Assembly: GCF_001194135.2 (NCBI RefSeq)
Contig: NC_068983.1
Coordinates: forward strand, 13,975,062 to 14,016,422
DNA from: Octopus bimaculoides
Taxonomy: Eukaryota
Direction: 5' to 3'
Length of the DNA: 41,361 nt
The notes below the pieces were generated by a model. It searched no databases. It was not told where the DNA came from and saw only the letters and a list, made by a program, of their open reading frames with translations. Below, one piece after another: positions 12,011 to 23,447 of the stretch. Positions within the stretch are counted from its first letter, which is position 1; every line of letters starts with the position of its first letter. Position numbers and translations under genes: made by a program.

Positions 12011-12309
12011 ACATATACATGCTCATACAAGACTCGAATTAGACTCCTCACGCGTATTATTATCGAACCTAGAGTCTAACTACGATCTTCCTGTAGCGCT
12101 TACATAACCTTACCTGCCATCTTGGGTCTTCTGAATACCAATACTTCTCATATATATATATATAGTGTATATAATACATAATGCAGACCCACCCTACAGG
12201 ATGCAGTAGTCAGTAAAATAGAACTAAAATTTTGAACGATTATTCATTTTGTGCAGCCCGGTGATTGTGAATCCCTGTGCGACATTGTGCGACATAGTGA
12301 CTGTGAATC

Positions 12310-13130
12310 CCTCAAGTAAAGAAACTAATTGAATGTAATTTCTTTTTGGAATCTATGTAGATCTGATTGTTCCATCTCTTTTATTAATGTACTCTGTAAG
12401 AGAATGACCACTGCATAGACATAGAAAGCAACAGAGCTTGGTGAATTTTCCTTTGCATGCCTTTTAAAATGCTTTTTAAGTTAAGATATCTACAGAGATG
12501 CTATTGGTGTTCGCTGTATTGAATTGCATTAAAAAGGATCTGCATGTTAACATAAGATTCTTTTAAATGCCCCCGAATGAACGATAGGGATAGATGGTTT
12601 TAAATTTCCATTATGTAATAAAACCGCTTTTAAACTTTGTAGTGATGAATCTATAAAAAATTGCCATTCACTTACATGCTTTTTCTGATAACTGTTCAAA
12701 AATCCATTAATGTAACGTACAACAACAGAGAAGACCACCTACTTAGAAATAAACTGTTAAATCAAAATTTCGCTTTCTTTCGTAACTCACATTTACATTT
12801 TCTTCAAGTTAGCGTATTGCTTTCAAATCAGAATTGAAAAGCTCAGCCTTATCTTTAGGCAGTTTTAATTCCCTCACAAAATCGCTCAAACTTTCTTATG
12901 GGAAAGCATTTGGATTTATATTCGCTTCTTGTTCGCATTTGGAACCCAATAAAATTCCAGAAGTACTGTAAGCAGTTGCAACTTCATCAATATCTATTTT
13001 ATCTTCAGTGGAGTTGAGCTCCCCTTGAGGAAGAATAGAAACGGTGTTTAATCATGCGATACCGGTTTACACGGTGAATCCAAGCTGGTGTAAATGATAT
13101 TTGTATCTTGTTATTTTGTAAAGAAAAGTT
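12310..13130 (-). pseudogene. Decayed Chapaev-3-like (CMC) DNA transposase fragment
   Basis: Across frameshifts and stops: LSDFVRELKLPKDKAEL..LEENVNVSY; EWQFFIDSSLQSLKAVLLHNGNLKPSIPIVHS; HLKESYVNMQIL..IQY; FTKLCCFLCL. Superfamily assignment is from recalled motifs. Confidence 0.8.
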
Positions 13131-13172
13131 TTTAATGCTACATTTTATTTTGTTGTATATATACAACATACA

Positions 13173-13205
<33 letters not shown>

Positions 13206-13540
13206 GCATGCATACACATACACATGTGGGCTATTGGCGATTTTTTCCTCTTTCTTCATTTTCTTTCGGACCTTCCTTTGTCTCCTGTTTCCGAAGAAGA
13301 GCTTTGCTCTGAGCGTTTTATTAATATTTTACATGTACCACGTCCTTGCATTGTTGTTTTTTCTTGTCATTTTTCTCCGTTTTTTTTTTACTAATTACAT
13401 GTGTGTGTGTGTGTGTGTGTATGTGTGTGTGTGTGTGTGTGTGTATGTGTGTTCAAATTTCCGCGACCGCCAAACTAGTTTACTGATACCTTGTACAGTA
13501 CAGTATCAATAGACTTGTATTGTTTATACTAATGTTCAAA

Positions 13541-14327
13541 TACGGCCGGAGTCGACTTTGTCTTTCATCCTTCCAGGGTCGATAAAATAAGTACCAGTTG
13601 AGTACTGAGGTCGATGTAATCGACTTATCCCTTCTCGTGAAATTGCTGGCTTTGTGCTAAAAGATGAATCAATTATTTATAATAATGTAGGTTGGTGACC
13701 TGGTAGAATCACTAGCACGTCTTCCAAAATGATTTGCGGCATTTCGCACGTCTTCCCTTTCTGAGTTCAAATCCCACTGAGGTCGGCTTTGTCTGTCATC
13801 CTTTCGGGGTCGATAAATTAAGTACCAGTGAAACAAACACTGGGTCGATGTAATCGACTAGTCCCATCCCCCCAAATTTCAGGCCTTGTGCCTTTAGTTG
13901 AAAAAAAATATTATTAAGGTGACGAGATGGCAGAGTCGTTAGCACGCCAGGCAAAATGCTTAGCGGTATTTCGTCCGTCGCTACGTTCTAAGTTCAAATT
14001 CCGCCGAGGTCGACTTTGCCTTTCATCCTTTTCGGGGTCGATAAATTAAGTAGCAGTGAAACACTGGGGTCGACGTAATTTCACACCTTGTGTCTATAAT
14101 ACAAAGGATTATCTATACTAATGCAATACGGCAAGCAACAGAATCGTTAGTATGTTTGACATTTTGTCCATCTTTACGGCTTGAGTTCAAATTCCGCCGT
14201 GGTCGACTTTGCCTTTCATTGTTTAGGGGTCGATAAAATAACTTGCCAGTTGAATATGTGGGTTGATGTAACCGACGTACCCCTTCCCGTAAAACCTCTA
14301 ACCTCGTGCCAAAATTTGAACCAATAT
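13541..14327 (+). mobile_element. Head-to-tail array of four family-A SINEs
   Basis: Core GTCGACTTTGCCTTTCATCCTTTCGGGGTCGATAAA recurs at about 13550, 13780, 14010 and 14200, each copy with its own short tail. Confidence 0.9.
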
Positions 14328-15258
14328 TTACTCTTAATGTACAGGTTCCTGTATTTAATTTATTTACATAAATTTAATGTTTCTTTAATTTAGAGTATTT
14401 TAATCAAGGACATCTCAAGGAGACCTCCACCTGGCTCCTAAAAAATTACTTATCCTGAATGGCTTGGGAATCGGTGGTTCCGAAAAATCCATGTTGTATC
14501 TGTATATGTATAACTACACGTACACACACATGACAGACTTTCACATTTTCCTTCTACCATTCTTCAAACAGGCAGAACATATATCGTCAACGACATAGCA
14601 TAGTCTGAAGCTGCCTTTGTCGGCTTCGCCGGCGAACGTTCTTGTTTTGTGGACTATATTTAATGAAGAACATTAAATATTTAACTCGAAATAGTAGCGT
14701 GGTCGGAAGAAAACATTAGAATTTGATTGAAACAGTGTTTGACAAAGCCGGGCCTTTGAAAATGAACCACAGTCCGTTCAACGGGCATTCACATAGTTTT
14801 TGTCCTCCAAATTTCATTGAAAGCATTTCAGTTGACCTGTTGCTGTTGTTTAGATGCAGGTCAACTCTGAGAGAGCAAACCTATGGTTAAAGCCATATGA
14901 TTCGTTAAGCGCCAGTCATTTTATTCAGACACAGAGTATCTAGGATGACATTGTACAATGTTTTCCTTTTTTTTTTTAAGACGGTACGGTGTGATTTGAA
15001 GGCGATGGAGATTTTGGCTGCAATTTGTAATGGATAGGACAACCAATGAGATGTGCCATCCATGGTACAGGAACCGTGTGTGTGTGTGTGTGTGTGTGTG
15101 TGAACAATTGTAGTAGGTACTATCCCAGATATGTGAGCAAAATTCTAACATCGGTAGCAGAAACAGAGAACACTTTAGCATGGGATGTCATATTTTCAAG
15201 CTGGCTTTAAAAAAAACAGTCTAGAATTTGGATATAGCTTTTGCAGCGTGTAGTGCCA

Positions 15259-15263
<5 letters not shown>

Positions 15264-15328
<65 letters not shown>
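15264..15328. repeat. (AG)n microsatellite
   Basis: Direct inspection. Confidence 0.97.
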
Positions 15329-15333
<5 letters not shown>

Positions 15334-15542
15334 AAGTTGGAGATTTGCCATTAAATGTCGAGATGGAGCGTTGCTATGAAAAAGTGGGTTTCAATGTTAT
15401 GACTGCGAAGAGAAGGATGTACTTTTGACAGATCGATGCTGTTCCTGTTGTCATTTAACCTCAAGTCAACAGTCATCTGGCAGACCTCTGTTTGTATGGT
15501 TACATTACTTTGTATGGTTACATAATCCAGTGCATAGTTTAA

Positions 15543-15833
15543 CCCATTACCTACCAGTGATCTTATATGAGATCACTTAAAAATTACAAATTTCGTAATT
15601 ATCTATCAATGTTTACACATATCTAACCTTTTTGCTATATCTACTAGGTATATTTCTCTGATATTCAAATGAGGTTTGCTAATTTTTCACCCAATATCTC
15701 GCTTATTTCTATTTAAAATGTTATTTTGAAATGTTATTTTGATCATTCCAGCGTGTTTCTAAGGCTGTTTTATGCTAGAAATCAAAGTTTCATTAAAAAA
15801 AATCCAGTTAATAGAATTATGGGAGGTAATGGG
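15543..15833. mobile_element. piggyBac-type MITE (291 bp)
   Basis: TTAA at 15539-15542 and 15834-15837; 13-bp TIRs CCCATTACCTACC / GGGAGGTAATGGG with 1 mismatch. Confidence 0.85.
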
Positions 15834-15949
15834 TTAATTATGGTGACAGGATGTAATTTCAGGGAGAATTAGCTGCTCTTTGTAACAAGCCTAAGGACCA
15901 GGTAGAAGCTATTGTGTTGGCTCATCTGTAAAATTGTTTTTATTGCCAG

Positions 15950-16163
15950 TAGCAAGATGGCAAGATCTTTTACGCGTGGAACAAAATGCGTAGCAGTATT
16001 TCTTCTAGCCCTTAGTGTATTACGCTCAAATGCGGTTGAGGTCAACTTTACCATTAATTCTTTCGGGTAAGATAGAATAAAGTACCAGCAAAGTACTAAG
16101 GTTCATGTAATTGACTAACCAGTTTCTCCTAAAATTGCTGGCCTCGTGTCAAACTTAGAAAGA

Positions 16164-16165
<2 letters not shown>
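15950..16165 (+). mobile_element. Old family-A SINE followed by (TTA)n
   Basis: Diverged head, core and tail; (TTA)n at 16165-16220. Confidence 0.7.
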
Positions 16166-16220
<55 letters not shown>

Positions 16221-16681
16221 GACTTTTGAGGCAAGTGCTGTCCTCGAGTGAGTTTATTGAAAGGTGGGGTGAAAGTTGCGAAAATGGCAAGAGTGGATGG
16301 TACCTCTCTAAGTGTAGACCTGCGAGTCGGAGAGAAGGAATTGGAGAGGGCACTTGCTCCTAGGGTTTCAGGAAAATCAAGAACAGTGGGGCCCCTCGAT
16401 TATCTCTAGAGGCCTCCCTGTATCAGGAGGGCCACATCTCTGCCATCCTCCCCCTATTTTTTTACATTTGTATGCTATGCATATGTTCCTACTTTTTCAG
16501 TGTATACCGTGTATACTTACTTTCCTTTCTTTCTTTCTGTCTTTGTTTGTTTGTTTGTTTGTTTGTTTGTCTCTTTCTTTCTTTCTTTCTTTTATCATTT
16601 TATTATTATATGTAAACCGCCACACTTTATGTCTGTCTCTATTGTCCCCCTCATCCTTCGCCCTTGTGGCAAATTAATGAA

Positions 16682-16683
<2 letters not shown>
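16221..16683 (+). mobile_element. 3' end of a Tx1/L1-like LINE
   Basis: Remnant RQVLSSSEFIERW/KVAKMARVDGTSLSVDL, then a 3' UTR ending GCCCTTGTGGCAAATTAATGAAAT and (ATT)n; clade assigned by recall. Confidence 0.55.
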
Positions 16684-16749
<66 letters not shown>

Positions 16750-16750
16750 A

Positions 16751-17186
16751 GGTGGTGAGCTGGCAGAATCGTTAGCACGCCGGACGAAATGCTTAGCGGC
16801 ATTTCGTCTGTCTTTACGTTCCGAGTTCAAATTCCACCGAGGTCGATTTTGCCTTTCATCCTTTCGGGATCGATAAACTAAGTACTAGTTGCGTACAGGG
16901 GTTGATCTAATCGACGGGCCCTCTTCCCTAAAATGTCAGGCCTTGTACTTATAGTAGAAAGGATTATTTAAGGCGGCCAATTGGCAAAATCGTTAGCACG
17001 CCGGGCGAAATGCTTAGTGGTAGTTCGTCCGTCTTTTAGGTTCTGAGTTCAAATTCCGCCGAGGCCGACTTTGCCTTTCATCCTTTCGGGGTCGATAAAT
17101 TAAGTACCTGTGAAACACTGATGTCGATGTAATCGACTAGTCCCCTCCCCCAAATTTCTGCCCTTTGGTAGAAACGATTATTATTA
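16751..17186 (+). mobile_element. Two tandem family-A SINEs (16751-16969 and 16970-17186)
   Basis: GGTGAGCTGGCAGAATCGTTAGC head, GAGTTCAAATTCC B-box, shared core. Confidence 0.92.
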
Positions 17187-17240
17187 CTTTCTTACGTAGT
17201 GTAGATGGAAAATGTACGGAGTATTTAGTCATCTGTCAAG

Positions 17241-17301
17241 TACCACCACCGCCACCGCCATTGCCACCATCAGCTGTAGTATCAACGGCATCATTACCAG
17301 C

Positions 17302-17332
<31 letters not shown>

Positions 17333-17770
17333 CCTCCACCATCACCACCACCATCAGCTGTAGTATCAACGGCATCATTACCACCACCACCACCATCACC
17401 GCCTCCACNNNNNNNNNNNNNNNNNNNNNNNNNNNNNNNNNNNNNNNNNNNNNNNNNNNNNNNNNNNNNNNNNNNNNNNNNNNNNNNNNNNNNNNNNNNN
17501 NNNNNNNNNNNNNNNNNNNNNNNNNNNNNNNNNNNNNNNNNNNNNNNNNNNNNNNNNNNNNNNNNNNNNNNNNNNNNNNNNNNNNNNNNNNNNNNNNNNN
17601 NNNNNNNNNNNNNNNNNNNNNNNNNNNNNNNNNNNNNNGCCGTCACCACCACCACCACCTCCTCCACCACCAGCAGCACCGCCACCAGCAGCAGCAGCAG
17701 CAGCAGCAGCACCACCACCACCACCACCACCAGCACCACCACCACCACCACCACCACGAACAACAACAAC
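17241..17770. repeat. (ACC/AGC)n low-complexity block with a duplicated 36-bp unit
   Basis: CCACCATCAGCTGTAGTATCAACGGCATCATTACCA at 17264-17299 and 17348-17383. Confidence 0.9.
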
Positions 17771-18799
17771 ATTAATACCTGGAACACCAAATTTAATATA
17801 AGGTAACATGATTCCTTTAATGATGAAATGTAAAAATATCGGTTTCTAAATATGGTGTTACTTAATGGATCAGAGCTAAGCCAGGAATATAAAAAAAAGT
17901 GACCCATATATTTTTACTGCACTTTTATATATGAAACAGCAACATATATATTATATATAGTTAGCTATTTAGTAGAATGTTTAATAAAAACACCGAAAGT
18001 TTATATACACAAACAGACAAAGATTCCTCCAGGAAATAGGAGACAAGTACAGGAATTTGAATTGTTATATTAATGACTGAACGCAGACAGAAATAATTTG
18101 AATAATGTGCGGCGTATGCAATTTTATCAACGGAAATTAGGGAAAGATGCTTTTTAAAAGAAGCAAAAACAAAATGAGTGCTTATTTTGTTGAGAACAAA
18201 AAAAAGAAAGAAAGAAAAAAATAGAACACAGACATTAAATTTGTTGCTGTTTTCATTACCAATAACGTTATTATAAATTCAAATGCCGGAACTATTTGCC
18301 TTAAACATTATAGAATTAGAGAAATCGATAAAGTTATGGAACCGAAGTTCATTATTTAAATATATATTTTGGTTTGAATTCAGATTATGTTGAAGTAGCA
18401 TTTCCAGAAGTTTAATGATTCATATAGTGACACTAATGTTACATTTTATCAATGAACAAAGAACTCTCATCTATCTGTCGGACTAGTTATTAAGTTGTAT
18501 ATATATAAGCACTATGTTTGTAGAAGCAGATATGTAGATATCAACAGTTTAAACAGAGGGGGGGGGGGAGTATTGTATAACAGACACATGCCGAGTGAAA
18601 AATCCAATTCTGAGTATAACATGGAGACTGGTGAGTTCTGAAAAGTTGAGTCACTGCTCGAGGTCTACATCATTGAACATTTTAAAGATGTCTCAATGCA
18701 ACATTCAATAATACCAATATACTTTTCTGGAACAGATTTGAAGCTTGCAAATCTGATAGTCACTTCACTACAGTTTCCCTCCACCTAGATGTTTGGGCA

Positions 18800-18915
18800 T
18801 ATCAGACGCCAAGAAGTAGCGCCTTACATTGAGAAGCTTCATGTTCTGATTTCAAATTCTACAGTTATCAAGTTTAACTTTTCCTCTTTCTGGATCGATA
18901 AAATAGGTACAAAGT
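18800..18915 (+). mobile_element. Highly diverged family-A SINE
   Basis: GTTCTGATTTCAAATTC...TTTCTGGATCGATAAAATAGGTAC aligns to the family-A B-box and core. Confidence 0.55.
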
Positions 18916-18989
18916 ATATTCTTACTAATTTAATTGTTTATAACTATCATCTGTTATTATTTGTCAAATTATAGACAACAAATGCACAA

Positions 18990-19170
18990 AACGAAAAGCA
19001 GCTCCTTTGCCCACGCTGGTCCTAGCAATCGCATCGAATTTTTATACTATTTAGCGATGAACAGGGCATTTCTTTTAGTCCCTAGATTCCTTTTCGCCTT
19101 CAAGTGATACTTGAAGAACTCGTTGAACAGTTCACGACAGAGGACATATCTAATCCCGTTTCTTTACATA
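18990..19170 (-). mobile_element. Decayed Tx1/L1-like C-terminal fragment
   Basis: Minus frame LCRELFNEFFKYHLKAK resembles the region just upstream of the RQVLSS motif seen at 16229 (recall). Confidence 0.35.
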
Positions 19171-19240
19171 TTACCTACTGTATTACTTTGTTTGCAAATA
19201 GTAAACCTTTGAACTGTCTTATCAATATTTGAAACTCTGC

Positions 19241-19438
19241 AGGCGGTGAGCTGGGCAAAATGTTTAGCAGCATTTCGACCGTCTTTACATTGTGAATTAA
19301 AATTCCACCGAGGTCGACTTTGCCTTTCATCCTTTCAGGATCGATAAAATAAGTACCACCTGGACACTGGGATTGATATAATCGACTTAAACCCTTCCTC
19401 GAAATTGCTGGCATTGAGCCAAAATTTGAAGCCGATAT
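19241..19438 (+). mobile_element. Family-A SINE with a short internal deletion in the head
   Basis: GGCGGTGAGCTGG...GAGGTCGACTTTGCCTTTCATCC...AAATTGCTGG tail. Confidence 0.88.
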
Positions 19439-20569
19439 CTGAAACTCTTGATACATCTGTCCCTGTATGATAATGTAGCAAATAGTTTAAGATTAATTAT
19501 GACCTGGACTATTTGGAAGATCTAAACGATATCTGACAAACAGTGATTTGTTTGAGAAGTCTTACATACTTTTGGAAGTTTGTATACCAATTATTTTCAA
19601 CTATCCGTCCTCTACTCCAGAACATTCCAAAGATGCTCTTGTAGTCTTTTCCCCCATTGGCATGAAAGAGCTGAATGTCCTCAGAAATTCTCCTAGGCAC
19701 TTGACGAAATTTGTTCATTCTGCTTACCTAGGAACTATACTTAAAAGGAATCGATAGTCCAATGAGATGGAAACGTTCTCCTCATCCATAGCTACTACAT
19801 CAAAACTCAAGTGACTTGAGACTATCCAGCAGATGACCTTACATCAAGGCTTCTCTTCAACCACGTATATTTAAACAACTTACCTTCCTTAAGCATATAA
19901 GTCAGAAGAGAAGTTAAAAAGTACTTATTCGAAGTACAAAATGTTTTGAGTCTTCAAACGGACCTCAGAAGAGTTAAAGATTTATAACGGCACAATACTC
20001 AACCATGTCTCCTCTAAGAATCTTATTTCTCCTCTAACATGCTATAAAATTCTTAACAGCAGCTTCTTTACCTCTGCCGTTGCCCAGTCTTGATCCTGTA
20101 CTGCTAAACCGTTGTCGTTCTGTCCTTTTAAGGTACAATGTAAGTAAGACTACACATAGTTTAAAGACGAGTATTTTGAAATTTTCCTCAGAATGTTGGT
20201 TAGAGACTTTTAATTTTATTGTATTTTTTGTTATTGTGATGGCTTCTTGTTTTCTTCTGTTTGTCATTTGCACTCGTTACTATTTTGATTGGTTGTTTCT
20301 TTTTGATTTAGTATCAATTATTGTGTTTACTTTGTTGTTATTGTTTAGTTCCAAGTTAGTCCTGATCAAAAACGTCTATAATCAAAGACATTCTTGTAGG
20401 AATTGATTACTTTGACCTGTGACTTCAAAGGTCAAACAACATAAGAAATATCTTAGATTCCTCTTAACTATCACCAATTTGTTACTGGAACGCACGAAAT
20501 CGTCCCTAAGGCCCTTGTTATTATCAAATCTGAAGACCCTGAAGCCAATTTAGAAACATTATCCGAACA

Positions 20570-20796
20570 GGCGGTGAGCTGGCAGAAATGTTAGCACGCC
20601 GGGCGAAATGCTTAGCAGTTCGTCTGCCGTTACGTTCTGAGTTCAAATTCCGCCGAGATCGACTTTGCCTATCATCTTTCGAGGTCGATAAATTAAGTAC
20701 CAGTTACGCACTGGGGTCGATGTAATCGACTGAATCCCTTTGTCTGTTCTTGTTTGTCCCCTCTATGTTTGGCCCCTTGTGGGCAATAAAGAAATA
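20570..20796 (+). mobile_element. Young full-length family-A SINE with an 18-bp TSD
   Basis: Perfect TSD AGAAACATTATCCGAACA at 20552-20569 and 20797-20814. Confidence 0.95.
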
Positions 20797-21199
20797 AGAA
20801 ACATTATCCGAACATTTGATATCCATGACAGTATCTATAACACTTATTGCACTTTTGAGAAGACGTTTGTTTTGTGCAGACATCACTCATGCAATAATTG
20901 GTTTCATTTTCTATTTCTATCTTGGACATGTTCTCTCATTGCGTCCTCTTTTACTTTGAACCTGGCGATGCGTTTACATGCTCATGTGTAACATATTGAA
21001 AACTTGAGAACACTGTGGGCCAGATTTTCTGGAAAAGCTATGTGCCATCCAGTCTTGATGGAAAGATTTACATGCTCCAAAGTAAACACACACATACATA
21101 CACAACAACAAAAGAGAAACAAAAAGCCTCCAAAACTTTGGACGTGTGATTGGTCTCTTACTTCCACCAACTAATATTTTAAAAGTTTCTGATCTTGTT

Positions 21200-21480
21200 T
21201 CATAGAGTTGGTATCGTCCATTTTACAACGTTCGACTGCTTGAGCGAAGTTCACTATTGTTATACAATCCTAAACTCTGTTGCTGTACATGAGGCCAATA
21301 CTGTTGTTGTGAGCCAAAGAAGGAACTTCTACATGAATGTTCAATCTCTTAGAAGTATCAGACAACTATCTGTCAAACTACCAGCTTCCATCCAGAAAAG
21401 GAAGCTACACATTAGATCATGGAGACAATGTAAGGCAATTACCTAGAAAAATAAATGAGTGGATGGAGCTTGAACAACAT
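21200..21480 (+). mobile_element. Possible very decayed RTE-like LINE fragment
   Basis: Weak motifs only (SSLLLYN.., ASIQKRKL..). Confidence 0.2.
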
Positions 21481-21639
21481 TGATAATGAGTATATTAGTC
21501 ACGGTTGCTGATACTGTTACTAATGTAATTGGCAATATTAATGCAGTGTTGTCACTGCAGCTGATGTTGTTACCACTGTATCTGATAGTGTAAATGTAGT
21601 GTTGTCACATACTGATGTTGTTACTACTGAATCTAACTG

Positions 21640-22434
21640 GGATCTATTTTAAAACGGGGGCGCCAGTATTTTCTTAACGAAACACTAACGAAACACTTTG
21701 AAACTTGGGACACTGGTAGAATGTGTCATATAAAACATCTTTTACTCTTAGTCTTCTTAACAAAANNNNNNNNNNNNNNNNNNNNNNNNNNNNNNNNNNN
21801 NNNNNNNNNNNNNNNNNNNNNNNNNNNNNNNNNNNNNNNNNNNNNNNNNNNNNNNNNNNNNNNNNNNNNNNNNNNNNNNNNNNNAAAAAAAAAAAAAGGA
21901 ATTCGAAAGTTATTCCATGTTAAAGTTGTCGTATTTCTGTAATTTCAACCAATCACTGACGTCTATTCAGCTCAATAGAGTTACTGCTGGGCGGTCATAA
22001 AAATGTTATTCCCTGTGACATATTTCATCCGGTTTAATCGTAATTTATACGCATATATTGTTTATATAATAAATTACGCTGTGCGTATCTATGTGTGTAA
22101 CAATTTTAGAGTTCGGATTCTAGAGTTAGGGTTAGTTTTAGGGTTAGGGTTAGGGTTAGGGTTAACAGTCTAATTAGGGTTAGGGTTAGGGTTAGGGGAT
22201 TAATACGATATACACCGTTACAGCGCTAACTGTTTTCAACTGAATAGACGTCAGTGATTAGTAGAAATTATCGAAATAAGACAATTTTTTACATGAAATA
22301 AATTCGAATACAAAAATATTTTTCTGTTCTATAACACAAAATAGATAAGTATACGAAGTTTGAAAGTCTTTCCGTACCAAAAACACTACATAAAACATAA
22401 ATGAAAACTGGCGCCCCCGTTTTAAAATAGATCC
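21640..22434. mobile_element. Non-autonomous TIR transposon with 8-bp TSD and GG termini (Merlin-like)
   Basis: Perfect 28-bp TIR GGATCTATTTTAAAACGGGGGCGCCAGT; TSD TCTAACTG at 21632-21639 and 22435-22442; about 90-bp internal inverted repeats; contains a 119-N gap. Confidence 0.85.
22126..22197 (+). repeat. Interstitial telomeric repeat, nine perfect TTAGGG units
   Basis: Units at 22126, 22138-22161 (x4) and 22174-22197 (x4). Confidence 0.95.
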
Positions 22435-22562
22435 TCTAACTGTGCTGATACAGTGTTATCACTACCGCTGGCGTTCATACTTCTGTAGCTGCGTCTGTTA
22501 TTTACTGCACGAGGCAGTGTCAATACTGTGTTGTCGTTTCTGATGTTGTTACTACAGAGACA

Positions 22563-22657
22563 GGAGGCGCAATGGCCCAGTGGTTAGGGCAGCGGACACG
22601 CGGTCATAGGATCGCGGTTTCAATTCCCACACCGGGCGTTGTGAGTGTTTATTGAGC
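22563..22657 (+). mobile_element. SINE family C, tRNA-like head only
   Basis: A-box TGGCCCAGTGG, B-box GGTTTCAATTCCC; matches the 29398-29761 copy. Confidence 0.85.
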
Positions 22658-22744
22658 ATGATTTAAAATGGAAACATAAAGACATAGCTAAATATATTTT
22701 GTCCCACACTGTACCTATTTTCTCCCTCTCTAGACATCCCGACT

Positions 22745-23160
22745 GTTCTAAGTTCAAATCGTGCCCCTCCAGAGTCGACAAAATAAGATATCAGTCAGGT
22801 ATTGAATTCAATGGTATCGACTAACTCCTTAATTTCTCACAATTGCTGGATTTGCACCTAAATGGCAAAAAATATATTGGTTTCAATTTTTAGCACAAGG
22901 GCGAGCACTTCGGAAGCTGATTTCATCGACCCCTACGATCAACTGGTACTTATTCTATAAAATCTGAAATGACGAAACGCAAAGTTGGCCTCGGCAGAAT
23001 TTGAACTCAGAACGTAAGGCGGACGAAATACCGCTACGCATTTTTGCCAGGCTTGCTAACGATTCTTATTTCTTTATTGCCCACAAGGGGCTAAACATAG
23101 AGGGGACAAACAAGGACAGACAAAGGGATTAAGTCGATTACATCGACCCCAGTGTAAACT
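22745..23160. mobile_element. Cluster of three family-A SINE pieces (+ 22745-22880; - 22872-23066; - 23067-23160)
   Basis: Core and tail similarity to other family-A copies. Confidence 0.75.
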
Positions 23161-23447
23161 TTTTATTTGATATAAAGTAATTTCTTAGTTTTTTTTTTCT
23201 GACATTCCTTTTCAACAAAACATTTTCGTTTATCAACTGATAATCAGAATACGATAGAAACATACGTCTCTCAACATGTTTGTAACTTCTTTTTTATTTT
23301 TAAGGAAGCACGCAGAGTTTATTTAAACAACGCTTTTGTGTATTAACGTATGTGCTGATGTCGCGTTTCCTGTAAAGTAAAATATAAAACCTTATTTATA
23401 GATAGGAAACATAAAATGGTAGCTACTCCAAAGTCAAAAGTGCCTAT

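Noticed and set aside
17165-17806. Proline-rich formin/WASP-like ORF
   Set aside because: Explained by (ACC)n low complexity and a gap; no convincing splice sites or domain
18789-18974. 61-aa ORF after a good splice acceptor
   Set aside because: The sequence aligns to a decayed family-A SINE
19500-20100. Possible decayed LINE ORF
   Set aside because: No motif could be aligned with confidence
20530-20560. CTGAAGA...GAAAC
   Set aside because: No stem II, stem III or NUH triplet
22563-22625. tRNA gene candidates (A and B boxes), here and at other SINE heads
   Set aside because: They continue into SINE bodies and lack a full cloverleaf
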